Below are positions 29,297-41,639 of a stretch of 64,000 nt of DNA, one piece after another. Each line of letters begins with the position of its first letter. The first letter of the stretch is position 1. The notes beneath the pieces were generated by a model. The model made no database searches. It saw nothing but the letters and a program-made list of their open reading frames with translations, and was not told the DNA's origin. The stretch is from Octopus vulgaris (Eukaryota), in assembly GCA_951406725.2 (NCBI GenBank), contig OX597825.1, forward strand, positions 71,610,001-71,674,000. The letters run 5' to 3'. The translations under genes were made by a program, and so were the position numbers.

Positions 29297-30660
29297 CAGG
29301 CATACCTCACCCTACATTGTTAATTGGTTCCAGTTGGATTAACTTGTCTCTAGGCTAGGCTGTGTTTACTTGTCTCTAGACTATGCCAATAATAACCATT
29401 CCCAGTTCTATACTTTATTTATGAATACATTTTCAATAATACTGTGGTTAATAAAAACCTATTTTAAGCTTACAAACAAACGGTTTTTATTTTTTAACAC
29501 AGTACAGTAAAAAAAAAAATCTAAATTTACGAATACAATTTGGCGGTGTTTACCATACATTGCAGATGCTTTATTTATGAATGAGGTTTGCAATAAGACA
29601 TGGTGAAATAAAAGCCTTTTTTCAGCTTAAAAAATAAATTCAGTAATCATTATTATTTTGCAATAGTGAAAAAAACTAAATTATTTTAAATTTACCAATG
29701 CGTACATACAATTTGGTGGTTTACATCATGGATGTAGATGGCTGTGGATCATCAACATCAACAGCTGACTCTGGCTGTTCTTGTTCGATGCGCTTAAAAA
29801 ACCGGTTGAGAGTTCCTTGAATTGTCTTCTTTCTTTCAAAGATTACACTATAAGGAGCAAAAGCTTCGTGACAAGCCCACCCCCACCCCCATAATCTTGG
29901 AAAAGTGTTGGGCATTTGAATCCATATTCTTGAACAAAGAAAGACCTTTTTCAATATATGCAAATGCTTGCTGCAATTAATAATGATAAAGTGGCATGGC
30001 TCAGGTTTGACTTCCTCTTCTTTATTTTGCTGCTCGTGAAGCTCTATCAAATCCTCGTTCGTCAGGGATTGCTTGTCTTTTTCAAATAAATCTGTGAAAT
30101 CCTCCTCCTCCGAATCCATTTCCAGTTCTTTGCTTGAAGTCACCAACGTTCTGTTGATGGCAACATTATCAAACCCTTTAGAATCATTCACAAATTGCAG
30201 GCATAGCTTCTTCCCTACACCATTCATAGCCATGCACTGTATATCATTTCATGCTGCTGCTATGTTCTTGTACAACCTTGTAAATATTATATCTCTTCCA
30301 AAAGTCACGAAGTGTGATCGACTCATCAGGATCAGTCGTAGCTATTTCTTGCCACAGAGTATGCTTCATATAGTAACACTTGAAGATAGCAATTATTCCC
30401 TGATCCATTGGCTGCAGAGGGGAGGTATACGATGGTAATGTTGGGGTCAAAATCTAGGATGTTTTATGGGTGGCCAGGAGCATTATCTAAGATAAGTAAA
30501 ACCTTGGAAACCTCTTCTCCTTACAGTATTTCTTTGCTGGTGGGATAAAATGATGAAGGACCAATCTTCAAAAATAACAACAGTAACCCATGCTTTTGAA
30601 TTAGCCATCCATACAACAGAGAGAGATGCCTTTTATGTTCTTCACTCAAATTCATAAAAG
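29297..30660 (-). mobile_element. Decayed pogo/Tigger-like DNA transposon (3' part)
   Basis: End CAGGCATACCTC after TA. Transposase fragments LILDNAPGHP, TSPLQPMDQGIIAIFKCYY, TLRDFWKRYNI, LTNEDLIEL, QGTLNRFFK. Truncated by later insertions near 30670. Confidence 0.88.
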
Positions 30661-30917
30661 GATGGGATATATATATGTATATACATTTGCAAGTTACTTG
30701 GTGATCCTGCCGGTGCTGGCACCGAGTAAAAATCACTCAGTCCACTCTGCAGAGTAGTTGGTGCTAGGAAGGGCATCCAGCCATAAAAAACCCTGCCAAA
30801 ACAGACACGGTAGTCTGGGGTAGTCTTCTACCTGGCTGGCTCCTGTCAACCATCATACCCATGCATGTATGGGAGACGGACATTAAACAATGATGATGAT
30901 GATGATATATATATATA

Positions 30918-31325
30918 TCTATTATATAAAATCTGTTCTGTCTGTCTGTGTGTGTGTCTTCTAGGATCTCGGGCTTCTTCTGTCCGATTGCGCTCAAATT
31001 TGATATGTAGATACTGATGGTATTAGGGCGTGTATAAGTTTTGAAAAAATTACAAAAATCGATTCCAGGTGAGAATGCGATTGATAAAGCCGTGGGAACA
31101 TGCATTTATACGTGCAAGTACATCAGCTGTTGCAATGTACTTACTGGGACATTAAACTCTCCGGTTGCATATTTGTGTGAATAAAATCGTTTTTCTTTGG
31201 AATAGAAAAATATCTGTCTTTATTTCTTCTTTTGCTGGTGTCTCAAATTTAGGTTAAATAAGTATTTCTCAAAGGGGAGGCCTATGGGATGGTCGGACAA
31301 GTTGTTTTGAGAAAATTTGGTTTAA
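30918..31325 (+). mobile_element. Non-autonomous Helitron-like 5' end fragment
   Basis: Starts TCTATTATATAAAA followed by (GTCT)n and 'ccgattgcgctcaaatttgatatg', a layout typical of invertebrate non-autonomous Helitrons. Confidence 0.5.
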
Positions 31326-32668
31326 ATGTTTGACAACTCGTATATATATATATATATATATATATACGAGCAAAACGCCCACCCCCATCCAATGGACGGT
31401 ACTGAGTTGTCATATATATACATATATACATACACACACACATACATATATTCATTCCAGGTGACCAGTTTTAATGCCATGTCCATTAAAAGACCTGCAA
31501 GTCATGTAGAGGATTGAAATGGCACTTGAAAATTCATGATAAACAAGCAGAAAATGGAGCCGTAACAGAAATGGGATACTGTTGCAATATATGTGATCAG
31601 CTCTTTAAATGCTTTTCAGGGTTCAAAGCCATTTAAGATTTCACACTAAGAAAGTGCCATTATGGGTGCAAGAATGGGGTCAAACTCTGCAAGGAACAGT
31701 CACGAGTATACAAAGGTAAAGATGACTGTACAATAATGATGATGATACACATACACAGCCTGAAGAGAATACCATCATACACAGATATACGCACAATCAC
31801 AAACACCCGCAAACAGAATTACATATAAACACATATGCGCACACACACACACACACACATACACAAACATGAATTGACATATATACCTATCAAAACACAC
31901 TAAATACACACACATATATACACAACTACATACACACACACACACACACATCTGGTGTGTATGTGTGTGTGTGTGTGTTGCAAAAACTAGGGAGAGAACA
32001 ATCAAACTATATAACCACTGAAATACTGAACAAGGGATAGCCTTTATGTGATCACTCAACCTGCAAGAAATAGCAGCCAAATCTCTGCCATCAACAAATC
32101 GCATGATATCACCCAGAGTTGCTATAAATGGGAGACTAGCAGATTATGTTACACTACTTTTCAGGACTACATTCTATTTGTGCTATTTCACAGAAGAAAA
32201 AAAAAAGCAAACGAAGAAATAGAAGAAAGAAAAAAAAAGGAAAAGAAAATCCCGTTTATTCAATGCTTTAAATTTTCAGTTTGCAGAAGTAAAACTCTTA
32301 TTAAGTATCAAATTAAATAAACGACTGAATAAACGAGAAGTGAGCCATGTTGGTTTTTTTTTGGTGGGGTGGGGATATGAAGGCATGTAAGCTTGTGGTT
32401 GCAGTGTTAGATGCCTGATCTTCAAGATTGTGAGTTTCATTCCTGGACATTTTATGTCCAATGTATAGATTCACACACATGTATACACATACATGTGTAC
32501 AAACACACACGCACATATATAAATACATTTAAATACACAAACATATGTAGGCTCAGGAGTGGCTGTGTGGTAAGTAGGTTGCTTACGAACCACATGGTTC
32601 CGGGTTCATTCCCACTGCGTGGCACCTTGTGAGTGGATTTGGCAGACAGAAACTGAAAGAAGCCTGTC

Positions 32669-32709
<41 letters not shown>

Positions 32710-33699
32710 TGTGCATGTATGTGTGTGTGTTTGTGTGTCAGTGTTTGTCCCCCCAACATCGCTTGACAACCGACGGTGGTGTGTTTACATCCCTGTAACT
32801 TAGCGGTTCGGCAAAAGAGACCGATAGAATAAGTACTAGACTTCCAAAGTTCTGGGGTCGATTTGCTCAGCTAAAAGGCAGTGCTCCAGCATGCCCGCAG
32901 TCAAATGACTGAAACAAGTAAAAAGAGTAAAAGAGTATTAAGTTAGACATGGCCTGGACCAATCTTTGGTCGAAACATATCTAAGTTTATATACATGAAC
33001 ACACATGTATACATGAACGCACATGCATGTTATACATGCACAAGGATGTATATACACAAATATGTATACACACACATATGCAAAAACAAACCTTTTCACT
33101 TATGATATTGTATACACACATCTCTGCCAAGGTCGAGCTTGCCTTCCTTCCCTTCAGTTGAATACTGAGGTCGATGTAACCGACTTAATCCTCCTCTATT
33201 ACTGCTGGCCTTGTGCCTTGATTAGAAACCAATATTATACATACACACATACATGTATATATACACACTGTGCTTGAGAAGACTCATCAAGCTAAGTGAA
33301 ATAGAAGTCATGGACAGTGTCAGTGACACAAAAAGACATCTGTGCCAGTGGCACATAAAAGGCACCCATGTTGGTTACACATAAAAGGCACCCATTACTC
33401 TCTTGGGGTTGTTGACCTTGGGAAGGGAATCCAGCCATAGAAACCAAGCCAAAATCATATTGGAGCCTGGTGCAGCTCTCCAGCTCACTAGTTCTAGTCA
33501 AACCATCTAACCCATGCCAGCATAGAACAGAACTCCAGATTTTCATGTTACCAGAATAGACAAACTCATTGGCAAAAACCTGTCGATTGTAATGGTACTT
33601 ACTTTGATGAATAAAATTTCCGCATTGTTGAAATATATTGTGGTGAATTTCATGTTTCAAAATGTTGCTTACTCTTTACTCAGCCTGATTTTTATACAG

Positions 33700-34190
33700 G
33701 TTGAGGCAAGTGAAATCGAAATCAAATCAAATTCACAAATTCGATGATTGGCACCCGTGCCAGTGGAACGCTAAGAGCATGATCGCTGCCAGAGCAGCTT
33801 CCGTGCTGGTGGAACATAAAAAGCACCATTCAAACATGATTGTTACCAGTGTCGCCTTACTGGCACTTGTGCTGGTGGCATGTGAAAAACATTCGAGCGA
33901 GGTCATTGCCAGTGCCACTGGAGTGGCTCCTGTGCAGGTGGCACGTAAAAAACACCACTTGAACGTGGCCATTGCCAGTACTGCTTGACTGGCCCTCGTG
34001 CTGGTGACACATAAAAGCACTCATTACACTCTCAGAGTGGTTGGCGTTAGGAAAGGCCAGCTGTAGAAACTTTGCCAGATCAGATTAGAATCTGGTGCAG
34101 CCATCTGGTTCGCCAGTCCGCAATCATATCGTCCAACCCATGCTAGCATGGAAAGCAGACGCTAAATGATGATGATGATGACGATGATAG
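33700..34190 (+). mobile_element. SINE-like family C with internal hairpin-repeat array and (GAT)n tail; representative copy
   Basis: Repeated gtgc(c/t)ggtggcacgtaaaaagcacc units, then ggttggcgttaggaagggcatccagc...aacccatgctagcatggaaagc..aaacgatgatgat. Copies at about 730-1160, 17620-17960, 19675-19935(-), 21810-22150, 37760-38180 and 44895-45270(-). Confidence 0.8.
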
Positions 34191-37100
34191 TTCATTATCA
34201 TAATCTGTTTAGCAACTACTCTTCCATCTTCACAGAGAATCAATCAGATAAGACTTCATTGAAGTCTATAGGGAAATGCTCTTCCTATCACCAACCTTCA
34301 ACTGTTTCCAAGCAAGGTAATAATTTTCCTTAGCCTATTGAACGACAAATAACCAGGATATGCTTCCACAGAGGATAGCAAACCAATTACCTCATTTGTA
34401 TGAATGGCAATGCTTTGTTTACAGTCAGCGTGCACATTTCAAGATGAAGGAAATACACACTCAGTCACACACATGACAAACTTCTTCCAGTTTCCACCTA
34501 CTAGATTTCACTCCCGACATATTGGACAGCTGGTGGCTGTAGTAGAGGATACCAGCCAATAGTGTCCTTGCAGAGGAAACAATCCTGCCCCTCCAAACCA
34601 CAATGGTTCTCATCACACTTCTTCGCCAGACAGCCATGGCTGTTTCTAGCAAAAATTTTCACTTTAGTGCATTATGCTGGTGGCACGTAAAAAGCACTCA
34701 GCAAATTTTGTTAAGTGGTTGATGTTATGAAGGGTATCTGGCCATAGAAACCATGCCACAGCAGACAGCTGGAGTCTGGAAGCTCCCTGCTAGCCAGCTC
34801 CATACCAAAGAAACCATCCAACCCATGCTAGCATGGAGAGCAGACATTAAATGATGATGATGATGATGACGACGACGACAATGATGATGACGATGATGAT
34901 GATGAAGCCACTCATATATTTTGCAATATCTTTTATGAACTAGATTTTGTGAGAAAAAAAAAAACACAGTAGAGACACCTTTAGTCATGTTTACTGAATT
35001 ACAGCTGGCTTTAGGCTAAACAAAACAACACCTGACTGAAAGGTCAGTGATTCATATCCTAGTACTGTATCAATAGACAAGGCTATTGCACAATAATTCT
35101 GAGGCTTTATAATTTTCTCAAACCCAGATCAGACAATTCAGATTGCTAAGAGATCATACTTTATTTGAAGGGTTCTCAATCTGGAGTGCCTGTACCTTAT
35201 GAATGTGTGAGATGGCATTTGAGGTGGTGCAACTAAGAAGGAAGTCAATAAGTTACTAAAATCCATCCATCCATTCCTTTTCACTACCCCCTGTTCAAGA
35301 GAGGGCCATTAGGGTAGAGTCCTCAGGCACTTCCTCCATAGGGTCCTATCAGAAACTACCATCATTACACTTCTGGGCTGAATTACCAAGCATGACCAAC
35401 TGAGACTATGAACGTTATCCAAACATCTTACTCTTGGTCTACTCCTAGGTCTATTGCAGGTTGATTCAGCTTAAAGAATCTGTCTTGTAATCCTTTCCTG
35501 CAACATTCTGATCACGTCATTAGCGTGGAGGCACATGGCCTAGTTGTTAGAGCAGCGGACCTGCGGTCGAGGGATCGCGGGTTTGAATCTCAGACCGGGC
35601 GATGTGTGTGTTTATGAGCGAAACACTTCACCTCCATGTGGCTCCGGCAGAAGGTAATGGCAAACTTCTGCTGACTCTTTCGCCACAACTTTCTCTCGCT
35701 CTTTCCTCCTGCATCTTGCAGCTCACCTGCGACGGACCGACGTCCCGTCCAGGTGGGGAACCTATACGCCAAGGAAACCGGGAAACTGGCCCTTATAAGC
35801 CAGGTATGGCTCGAGAAAGAACAAACAATGTGTCATTAGTAGCAGACATACAGACAAGTAGCAGCTTGATTTGAAGAGACTCCCTGTTGAGTAACATTAT
35901 TCCCAAGACCCTTCAGAGAAGCCCCATTATGGCTGCTTATACTCATGATTATATTTTTTTGGCCATTACTCAGCATTCATGACCTTGATAGGTATGTAAA
36001 TCGAACTGAAGATACCTGTCCAGAATATAATTTTTAACTTACATTTAAAAATAACAGAAAATAACCTTGTTCCACTAAACACACCAAGAATTTTATTTAG
36101 CAGTACTGAATATGGTTAAATCTAATGAATAAATAAATAAATTAGTTATTAGAAAATCGATTCTTTTTCATCTTTGAATAGGATATTACTTTCATAGGAT
36201 GTGTGAAAGTTAATCAAGTCTTTCCTTAGGGTAAGAGGCCAAGAAGAGGTAAGGAAGCACAGCTGTATTCTATGGAACTTCTTAACAATAGAGATTTCTC
36301 ACATTAAGTACAACAGGAATTTTAAGGATAGGGAGAGAGTGCGGTCAATTGAATTGACTTTAGTAGTTGACTAGTACTTATTTTATCAACCCAAAAAAGA
36401 TGAAAGGTAAGATGAGATCTCATAGGATTTGAACTCAAAATATAAAGAGCTGAAGCTAGGTACTACCAGGTATCTTCTCCAGAACTTTACTGCTTCTGCC
36501 AACCACTGCCTTTGATCATCCTCGTTATCATCATCATGTAATGTCCTTTTTTCCATGCAGGCATGGGTTGGACAGTTTGACATGAACAGACAAACCAGAG
36601 GGTTGCACTGAACTCTAATGTCTGCTTTGGTATGGTTTCTACAGCTGTATGCTTTTCCTAATGCCAACCATTTTTCAGAGTCTGCTGGGTGCTTTTTATC
36701 ATGGCACCAGCATTGGTGAAGTCACCAAGTACTCGCAAGACAAGAGAATGGAGGATAGTATTGAACAAGAAAGTAAAATATTATTCAGCTTGTCATGTGT
36801 TAGAGTGTTACACAGTAAACAAATACAGGTATAGAACACACTCAAAGAAATAATCAAAATATTTAACACAATGATTTCTGATTTAAGCACAAGGCCAGCA
36901 ATTCTGAATGGAGGGCTAATTCACTGATTTAGCAACAAATATAAAAGAGTGATAAATACTCAATACATATTTCCATTATGCAAATTATCGGCAACATGAG
37001 TAGTATAGTGTAGTGGGAGATAAACAGTAGTTTGAGGCCATGCCTTTTCATATTTAAGTGGACAGACATATACTCTTTTACTTGTTTCAGTCATTTGACT

Positions 37101-38719
37101 GCGGCCATGCTGGAGCACCGCCTTCAATCGAGCAACTCGACCCCGGGACTTATTCTTTTGGAAGCCCAGTACTTATTCTATCGGTCTCTTTTGCCGAACC
37201 GCTAAGTAACGGGGACACACCAGCATCGGTTGTCAAGCAATGCGAGGGGGGACAAACACAGACACACAAACACACACATGCATAAATATATATATATATA
37301 CATACATATATACGACAGGCTTCTTTTCAGTTTCCGTCTACCAATTCCACTCACAAGGCTTTGGTCGGCCCGAGGCTATAGTAGAAGACACTTGCCCAAG
37401 GTGCCACGCAGTGGGACTGAACCCGGAATCATGTGGTTGGTAAACAAGCTACTTACCACACAGCCACTCCTGCGCCTTTCTAATAACTATGTACACATTC
37501 TTACACATATGCGAATGTGTAAGACTGCAGCAAATAAACATATATAAATAAAGAAGCCACCCTGTGCTGTCTGCTCACAACATACCTTAGTTCCCTTACA
37601 AGGCTGATCCTGCACCTAACCTCAGTTAGATGAAAGCTCTTAACTGGTATTTTATTTTAGAGACCAATCAGTTCTTGACTGATACTTAATTTTACAGACC
37701 CCCCACAAAAGGATGAAGTGCAAAGTTGGCCCTCAGTGGGATTTGATTTCAGAAACCTGCTGTGCTTGAGGAAACCCCTGCTGTGCTTAAGAAGACCTAT
37801 TGAGTCAAGTACATCAACATCAAAATAGATATCAAATAGAAATTGAAGTTGTGATACCTGTGCCTGTGGTACGTAAAAAGCACCATCCGAACGTGGCCGA
37901 TGCCAGCACCGCCTTGACTGGCTTCTGTGCTGGTGGCACATAAAAAGCACCAACCAATCATGGCCACTGCCAGCCTCCCCTGGCACCTGTGCCGGCGGCA
38001 CGTAAAAAGCACCCACAACACTCACAGAGTGGTTGACGTTAGGAAGGGCACCCAGCTGTAGAAACACTGCCACATCAGACTGGAGCCTGGTGCAGCCTCC
38101 TGGCTTCCCAGATCCTGGTCGAACCATCCAACCCATGCTAGCACGGAAAACAGACGTTAAACGATGATAATGATGATGAATACCAAAAGCTGGAGCAGAT
38201 AATACAAGGTATTTTTTTTCAGATGCTCTAATGAATCTGCTAGTCTGAAACAATGTTTTGATGATGGATAAAATTATGTACTAAAATACAAATAAGCATA
38301 TTTATTAAATGATGGAGCTATGGTGCTTTCCAAACTCTACTACAGCACACAACACTGAAAGGTAGTTAATCTGTTGCTCTCAGCTTCTACAATTCTACCA
38401 CCTAACCCAATATTAAAATAAATTCTTCTATTTTTATTTTTAACATAGGAAATAGAGCTTCAGATTTGTAGGATTGGAGAGGAAATTAAAAATTGTAGTT
38501 TTCATATTCTACCAAAGAACATCAGACATGTAAATGAAGAATTTGTTCTAATAAAAATAATAATGATTTCATGTAATTGCCACCAGTGTGATGGATGAGG
38601 GGGATAATAGAAAGACAGACACAAAGTGTGGGGGTTTGCATATAATGAAATAAATAAACAATAAAAAAGAAAATAGAGTCAGTATATATGGTATACAATG
38701 AAAAGGAAGGGAAATATAC

Positions 38720-39470
38720 ATAGTATACAAAGGTTAAAAACAGTGGCGGGGGAGTGACGGAGATGTAGTCCTGAGTCAGGATGACCTCTAGGGATATTCA
38801 AGGAACTCCACTGTCCAAGATCTCCCTGAACAACAAAGGCAAGTGCCATCTCCAATTCCCTTCCTTCAACTCACAGGTCTATACTCAAAGAGGTACCATC
38901 CACAGGTGCCATTTTTGCAACTTTCACTCACCTTTGAATAAACTCACTCAAAGACAGCACTTCCCTTTTCACCTTCAATTTCCTTTTCAAGTGAAACCTG
39001 AAGTCAATGAGACCTCTATCAAAGAGGACTGTGTCTGTCCTCATGCATTTCAACCTCATCCACAAGACACCTCCTTTGCCATAGCCACCAGGCAGAAGAA
39101 AACTGCTTTACCTACCTGATTAGAGAAGGGTGGCAGGATAATCACCATTAGGGACTCAGCCAATAGATGGACCCATCCTACATGTGACAGCAGCTATTTG
39201 ACATAACCCCACAAGTCAGTAATCCCCGGACACTAAACAAGTGCATGTGGAATGGTTTTGTCACTGTGTGCATCTCGAACAAGCCCGTCTATCAGCATAT
39301 CTGTGCCTGTAGAGTTTATCTCAAACCGGTAGCACTGCCAGGCCAAAGACATCTGGAAATTATCCATGATAGTTCCCAACCAGAAAGTCCTCTGGAACAG
39401 ACCAGCAAGTTCATTTTCATTGGTGCCCAGAGTCTTCCTCAGAACATCATCACACATCCTCGCCATTAAT
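38720..39470 (-). mobile_element. Decayed L1/Tx1-like LINE 3' fragment
   Basis: Minus strand gives ..KLKVKREVLS..FIQR*VKVAKMA and a CLVAMAKEVS-type stretch, typical of a Tx1 ORF2 C-terminus; many stops. Confidence 0.45.
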
Positions 39471-39852
39471 CCTCTACTAATAATAAAGTAAAAACCAAGT
39501 TCACATATTCACAGGAGTGGCTGTGTGGTAAGTAGCTTGCTTAGCAACCACATGGTTCCGGGTTCAGTCCCACTGCGTGGCACCTTGGGCAAGTGTCTTC
39601 TACTATAGCCTCGGGCCGACAAAAGCCTTGTGAGTGGATTTGGTAGACGGAAACTGAAAGAAGCCCGTCGTATATATGTATATATATATGTGCGTGTATG
39701 TTTGTGTGTCTGTGTTTGTCCCCCTAGCATTGCTTGACAACCGATGCTGGTGTGTTTATGTCCCCGTCACTTAGCGGTTTGGCAAAAGAGACCGATAGAA
39801 TAAGTACTGGGCTTTTCAAAGAATAAGTCCCGGGGTCGAGTTGCTCGATTAA

Positions 39853-40028
39853 CCCTTTAGTGTTCAGGTTACTCTGTTAAATGTAATGCTTTCTTATTTA
39901 AATTGTTTTGAATTAATCATGCATTACCTTATAGCTTTGAGGTTTCAATGATGTGATTGTTTAGTTTTAGAATGTCAATGTAGGTTAGGTGTGAGAGGCT
40001 AGATATGGCCAGTTTAAACACTAAAGAG
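39853..40028. mobile_element. piggyBac-like MITE inserted into a SINE
   Basis: Interrupts the SINE exactly at its 'cgaTTAAagg' site; TTAA is duplicated on both sides. Confidence 0.85.
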
Positions 40029-41426
40029 TTAAAGGTGGTGCTCCAGCATGGCCGCAGTCAAATGACTGAAACAAGTAAAAGAGTAAAAGGAGTAAGAGTA
40101 TTCAATTCATCAAGAACAACAAGTATACTACCACTGCTTCAAAATTCAGTAAAAGGTTAATGGGGCTAAACCAGGTGAAGAATTAAACCCACCAATCAAT
40201 TCAAGAACAACTAGGAATGCAAAGAGAAACCAAAACAAATACTGCAAAACACAGGGGTAAACATGGCAGCAAGTTTGCTTCCCAACCATGTGGTTTCGGG
40301 TTCAGTCCCACTGCAGAGCACCTTGGGTGGGCAAGTGTCTCTTTCTATACAAAATCTATCTGCATGGCTTTCTCCTTGTGAACAGATTTAGTATACAGAA
40401 ACTGAAAGAAGCCTGTTGTGTACAAATATGGAAACAAATGAGGGTTGGTGACAGGAAGGCCATCTGGCCATAAAGAATCTGCCTCAACAAATTCCATCTG
40501 ACCCGTGGAAGCATGGAAAAGTGGACATTAGAACAATGATGATGATGGTTACAGCACTGATAGAGATTTCTCATACACATGCAAGGTTATAAGATTGCCT
40601 TGTGCTCCAATACCTACTTTGGTATGGTTTCTATGGTTGGATGCTCTTCCTAACACCAACTACTTTACAGAGTGTACCGGATGTTTTACTTTTTTTTATG
40701 GCACCAGCACTAGTGAGGTTGCCATGATTACAGATTCTGTAATGCCCAGTTTGAATTCTCTTGACTCCATAGAGAGCAAAATATAATCATCACTCATCAA
40801 GGTTGAAACCAGGATAAAGCTAAACATGGCATCTGTCATTTCAAGAAGTTTGTGCAAGAATTTGGATTATCATGAGAGGGGACTATTCCAGATAATCAGC
40901 CTCGTTCTCATAGCACTGATTTCCTAAATCAGTTGGAAGGTGGGCCAATGTAATTAGTGGTATACAAAGACACAGTGGGATGGTGAGGACAGTCTGCATA
41001 TCACGCTGAACTCTGAGGTGCGATTCTCACAGCACTGCTGTTTGACATTATCTGTTTGCCTGATGAAAGTTGACCCCTGATGGTTAAAGAGTTCCCCTAT
41101 ACAGTTGTTGGGAAAGCCAGTCTTCAGATGTATAGAGTGACATCATCATCATCACTTTTTAACAGCCGTCTTCCATGTTGGCATGGGCTGGACAGTTCAA
41201 AAGAATCTCATTGTTTGGAAGACTGCCTTGTGCTCCAATACCTGCTTTGGTACAGTTTCTATGGTTGGATGCTCTTCCTAACACCAACTACTTTACAGAG
41301 TGTACCAGATGCTTTACTTTTTTTTTATAGCACCAGCACTAGTGAGGTTGCCATGTAGCTCACAAAACCAACATCCCCTTTGATTGAGTGGAAGTACAGC
41401 ACAGAGAGAGACAGCTTAGTACTTAC

Positions 41427-41639
41427 CTGTTATCAACAGTCAATTTTTTTTTTATTTACTAAAGGATTAGTGAATAAGTTATTATACTAATGAGATAGGT
41501 GTAATAGTTGATTGATGGACTTCCAGAATAGCAATCACTACATCATGGAGAAAGAAAGGGACAATGAATTGAGTGATTGTTTAATGGTCTATTAACTAAT
41601 CCTTTACTAAATAAAAAAAATTGGCTGTTGAAAACAGGG
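41427..41639. mobile_element. Old MITE-like inverted-repeat element
   Basis: ctgttatcaacagtcaatttt..tatttactaaaggattagt is mirrored by actaatcctttactaaataaaaaaaattggctgttgaaaacag. Confidence 0.55.

Noticed and set aside
33750-34025. Repeat-spacer-like array resembling CRISPR
   Set aside because: Repeats are degenerate, the 'spacers' resemble each other and recur in other copies of the same SINE family, the context is eukaryotic and no cas genes are present.
37657-38253. 198-aa ORF and the many similar 60-170 aa ORFs (e.g. RQASFSFRLPNPLTRLWSARG, YIYIYI, CVCVCV)
   Set aside because: Chance reading frames through SINEs and microsatellites.
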